A DNA stretch of 63,325 nucleotides, counting the filler, from Craspedostauros australis (lineage: Eukaryota), in NCBI GenBank assembly GCA_030167865.1. It is 12 parts of 12 records of this genome, joined end to end, with 100 filler letters (N's around TTAATTAATTAA, not from the genome) between each part and the next. Parts side by side here need not be neighbours in the genome. Positions count along the whole stretch, not along the records: positions 60,279 to 61,708 come from JALAGF010000240.1; positions 61,809 to 63,325 come from JALAGF010000242.1; 10 more parts are not named here. The stretch is one strand, 5' to 3'. Made by a program: the position numbers and the translations under genes. Under the pieces are notes generated by a model. That model ran no database searches. It worked only from the letters and a program-made list of their open reading frames with translations, and was not told the origin of the DNA. Position 1 is the first letter of the stretch, and every line of letters starts with the position of its first letter. Positions 60,279 through 63,325 of this stretch are shown one piece after another.

Positions 60279-61708
60279 CCGCGAGACCATGAGCGCCACC
60301 TACGACGGCCGCAACATCAAAGGAGGCAACTCCAACCGAGGCGGCAACAACAGTAAGGAGGAAATGGCACTCGCAGCCATTGGGAGCTTCAAGGGCAACT
60401 GTCGCAACTGTGGCGCCTACGGCCATAAGAAGGCGGATTGTCGCTCCNNNNNNNNNNNNNNNNNNNNNNNNNNNNNNNNNNNNNNNNNNNNNNNNNNNNN
60501 NNNNNNNNNNNNNNNNNNNNNNNNNNNNNNNNNNNNNNNNNNNNNNNNNNNNNNNNNNNNNNNNNNNNNNNNNNNNNNNNNNNNNNNNNNNNNNNNNNNN
60601 NNNNNNNNNNNNNNNNNNGACGGAATGGATGGAGTCGACGACGTCGCACTCACCGCATCAGACGATATGATGTGTGTGTTCATCAACGAAGACGCGAGCG
60701 AACAAGAAAATGTGACCAGCGAAAAACGCAACAAAATCACCAAATTCGCAAACCAAGACAGAAATGTGACCACACAGGACCGTGTGTTTTCACATGATGA
60801 CGACGTGATGATGGATGACATGGCGTTCGTCACGATCGACGTCGACGGAACCGCTAGCTTCGAGAGCAGAACATCCAATGCAGAAAGAGCGTGGACTTCC
60901 GAAGATATGGCCAAGCACTCTCCACGAGAGTACGGTTACTATGGGCCCCCTATCAACGACGAGGAGATGATCAAAGACGAGCTCTTTTCATCCGACGCAG
61001 AAGCCGAGGATCCCGACGAAGTGGTCACAGAGTACCACGAGGGAACGACAGATGAGGAGGACGCAGACGTAACGGAGATGGCGATGACAGGAGTTGACAA
61101 CGACAACATCGACCGCGCCATCAACGAACCGGTCTATAGTCTCCCATCCCGTCCAAGCGCACTCGACGACATGATCGAGCAATCATCGCGTCGCGACATG
61201 AACAACGGATGGTGCCCGTTGTGCCTCAAGCGCGGGCCCCTCTACGCATGGTGCGTGGACTGCCCGAACATACCCTTCTTCATCCAGCTCGCCAACAAGC
61301 CAAGAGGCGCCGTGCCTAGAAACGAAGGCGAAAGGATGGTGCGCAGAGAGGTGCTAGATGAGACGAGCGGATTATTATTCGTGACCGCCCGATGCTCGTT
61401 GAGCAACGTCCTTTCACCAAACGACGTCCGGTCCGAACTCTCCCTCATCTGCATCGACGCAGTNCATGACATTGCAACCCTCAGACTGACGGGGGTGGAG
61501 CCACGCTCCCTGTACTACTTGATGCACCAAATCGGAGTGCGAGGCGCACTCGACATCTGCGTGAATGCATACAGGATGAACGGAATGCTGGAGAGCGTTC
61601 GCCTTCAGCCAATTCAACAGGCGATGATCGGAGCGATGAGCAGCACCGCATCGGAGCAGCTGATGTGGATGCACCATCCGAGCATCAATGGCGTCCGTGA
61701 TTATCGCA
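60279..61708 (+). mobile_element. Third Copia-type gag fragment related to 20036-23229
   Basis: FKGNCRNCGAYGHKKADC knuckle, then an acidic linker sharing a domain with the second element. Confidence 0.75.
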
Positions 61709-62601
61709 NNNNNNNNNNNNNNNNNNNNNNNNNNNNNNNNNNNNNNNNNNNNTTAATTAATTAANNNNNNNNNNNNNNNNNNNNNNNNNNNNNNNNNNNN
61801 NNNNNNNNAAATGTGGAAAATAGCAACAATGGACCCACTTTCTATTCTTTCTGAGTCGCATTTACAAAAAAACGCCGTTTTCCCTTCCCCTCACAAGTAC
61901 AACAATGATCTCTTCCACAGAACAAGGACATGTATTGCCATAGTCGTTGAGTAGTTGTTCTGTGTGACATCAACATCAACAGTTCGTTGTTTTCGGTGGT
62001 GTCAAGAATTCTTGGTGCACTTCAATCGTCTGCCTGTCATCCGTGGTTGATCGTGTTTGGGGTAATACGATGCCAGTAGGAATGGTTTGGACTTGGTGAC
62101 AGGTCCAAATAGAATCAATGTAAATGGTTTGTGGTGTGTGGATCTGTTGATGTTGATGTCGATGTCGATGTTGCCACTGTTTGTGTTGTGTTGTGTTCTG
62201 TCAGAGATGTGCATGTTTGTGATAGATCTTTGTGTTGGCCATTTCCGTGTTTGGATTCCGATTTGTTCACATACCTCTAGCTTGACTGTGACTAGTGTGT
62301 TGTCAATGAAGGATGGTTCTCATTCCTTGTTCTTCCACACATCACACCCACGTTCCGTTGACTTTGGTTGTCTCGGCAGCATAGGATCTGCTGTTCATCC
62401 AGTGCTCCAACGATCATCAAGACCATGTTGCGTCAGCCCATGGCCAAAGAGTGCTGAGGCGATTCGCCGACGCAAGAAGCTGTCCTGTTGGCGGCCGATG
62501 TGCACCCGTCCGCAACCAAGAACAGCAGATGCAAATCCCAACCAGCCAATCCCTCACAGCGCTCCAAGTCAACGTGCAAAAACTGAAATCTTGTCTCAAA
62601 T

Positions 62602-63325
62602 TCATTTGACATCGCCTGTATGATCGATCAGAAGGTGCATCGACCGTGGCTTTCCAGGTACAGCCTGTCTCTGCTGACTCTCAGCATTGGTTTCTTCATT
62701 GCTTTCGCTGGTATTGCTGTTCTCACCCACAACCTCGTCCTCTTGCGTTTCTGCCGAAAGAGATGGATCCTTGCGGGCCTGCTGCATGGTGGACTCATTC
62801 ATTTCATCTTGTACGGCAACATGCTGCGGTGATTTACTGTCCTGATCAACTGCATCCACACTACCCTCACGAAACCTGCTGAAGTACGATGATAATTCCT
62901 CAGATACACGACGATTCGATCGCATGCGCAAGTCCGACGCTCTGCTGGAAAATCTCGCTGATGTTGCATCCTCATCTTGGATGATCATGAGGATGATCCT
63001 GAACCANNNNNNNNNNNNNNNNNNNNNNNNNNNNNNNNNNNNNNNNNNNNNNNNNNNNNNNNNNNNNNNNNNNNNNNNNNNNNNNNNNNNNNNNNNNNNN
63101 NNNNNNNNNNNNNNNCCCACAATGGAGTCGCCATTCGATTCGACAGAGTGCATCATCATGTCATGCGATCCCATGGGTTTCCGAAGCAGCTTGTGCACGC
63201 GTTGGTACTTGGGCCAAATGAAAACAATGAAATTGAATGCACCCTGCAACGGCATGAAGACGCATGTGAGGAAGACCAGCAGGAAGATCCCCGGCGAACC
63301 CAACTTGTCTTGCGTCTCCATTGTG
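62602..63325 (-). CDS. C-terminal end of a 7TM GPCR-like protein
   Basis: Last helix motif FMPLQGAFNFIVFIWP followed by a disordered tail; start is outside the window. Confidence 0.65.
   Translation of the reverse strand, partial: TMETQDKLGSPGIFLLVFLTCVFMPLQGAFNFIVFIWPKYQRVHKLLRKPMGSHDMMMHSVESNGDSIVXXXXXXXXXXXXXXXXXXXXXXXXXXXXXXXXXXXXXWFRIILMIIQDEDATSARFSSRASDLRMRSNRRVSEELSSYFSRFREGSVDAVDQDSKSPQHVAVQDEMNESTMQQARKDPSLSAETQEDEVVGENSNTSESNEETNAESQQRQAVPGKPRSMHLLIDHTGDVK

Overview
Eukaryotic sequence, almost certainly a diatom draft genome (silicon transporter, CoDi-type Copia, Ambal-type LINE, ASAF-type plastid presequence, GT-AG introns). It is a patchwork of about 12 contigs joined by artificial 100-bp N/TTAATTAATTAA/N linkers, so adjacency across linkers is not evidence. 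The left two-thirds is transposon-dense: three Ty1/Copia elements or fragments, several LTR-like repeats, two decayed DDE_Tnp_4-type transposases and one apparently intact 8.5-kb two-ORF non-LTR retrotransposon (APE-RT-RNase H) whose 3' tail abuts a degenerate silicon transporter copy. Host genes: TM-sensor-TM-cyclase-phosphodiesterase, Dispatched/Patched-like N-terminus, COG0523/CobW GTPase with a long N-terminal extension, BUB3, plastid-targeted RNase II/R, DUF1769 protein, a GPCR-like C-terminus and hypothetical proteins. Most unusual: an unannotated domain shared by two divergent Copia polyproteins between the Gag knuckle and protease, a C/A repeat array between the LINE ORFs, a three-way-junction RNA at the LINE 3' end, and sharply bounded CpG-depleted TE relics. 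All assignments are by-eye motif recognition; no searches were run.
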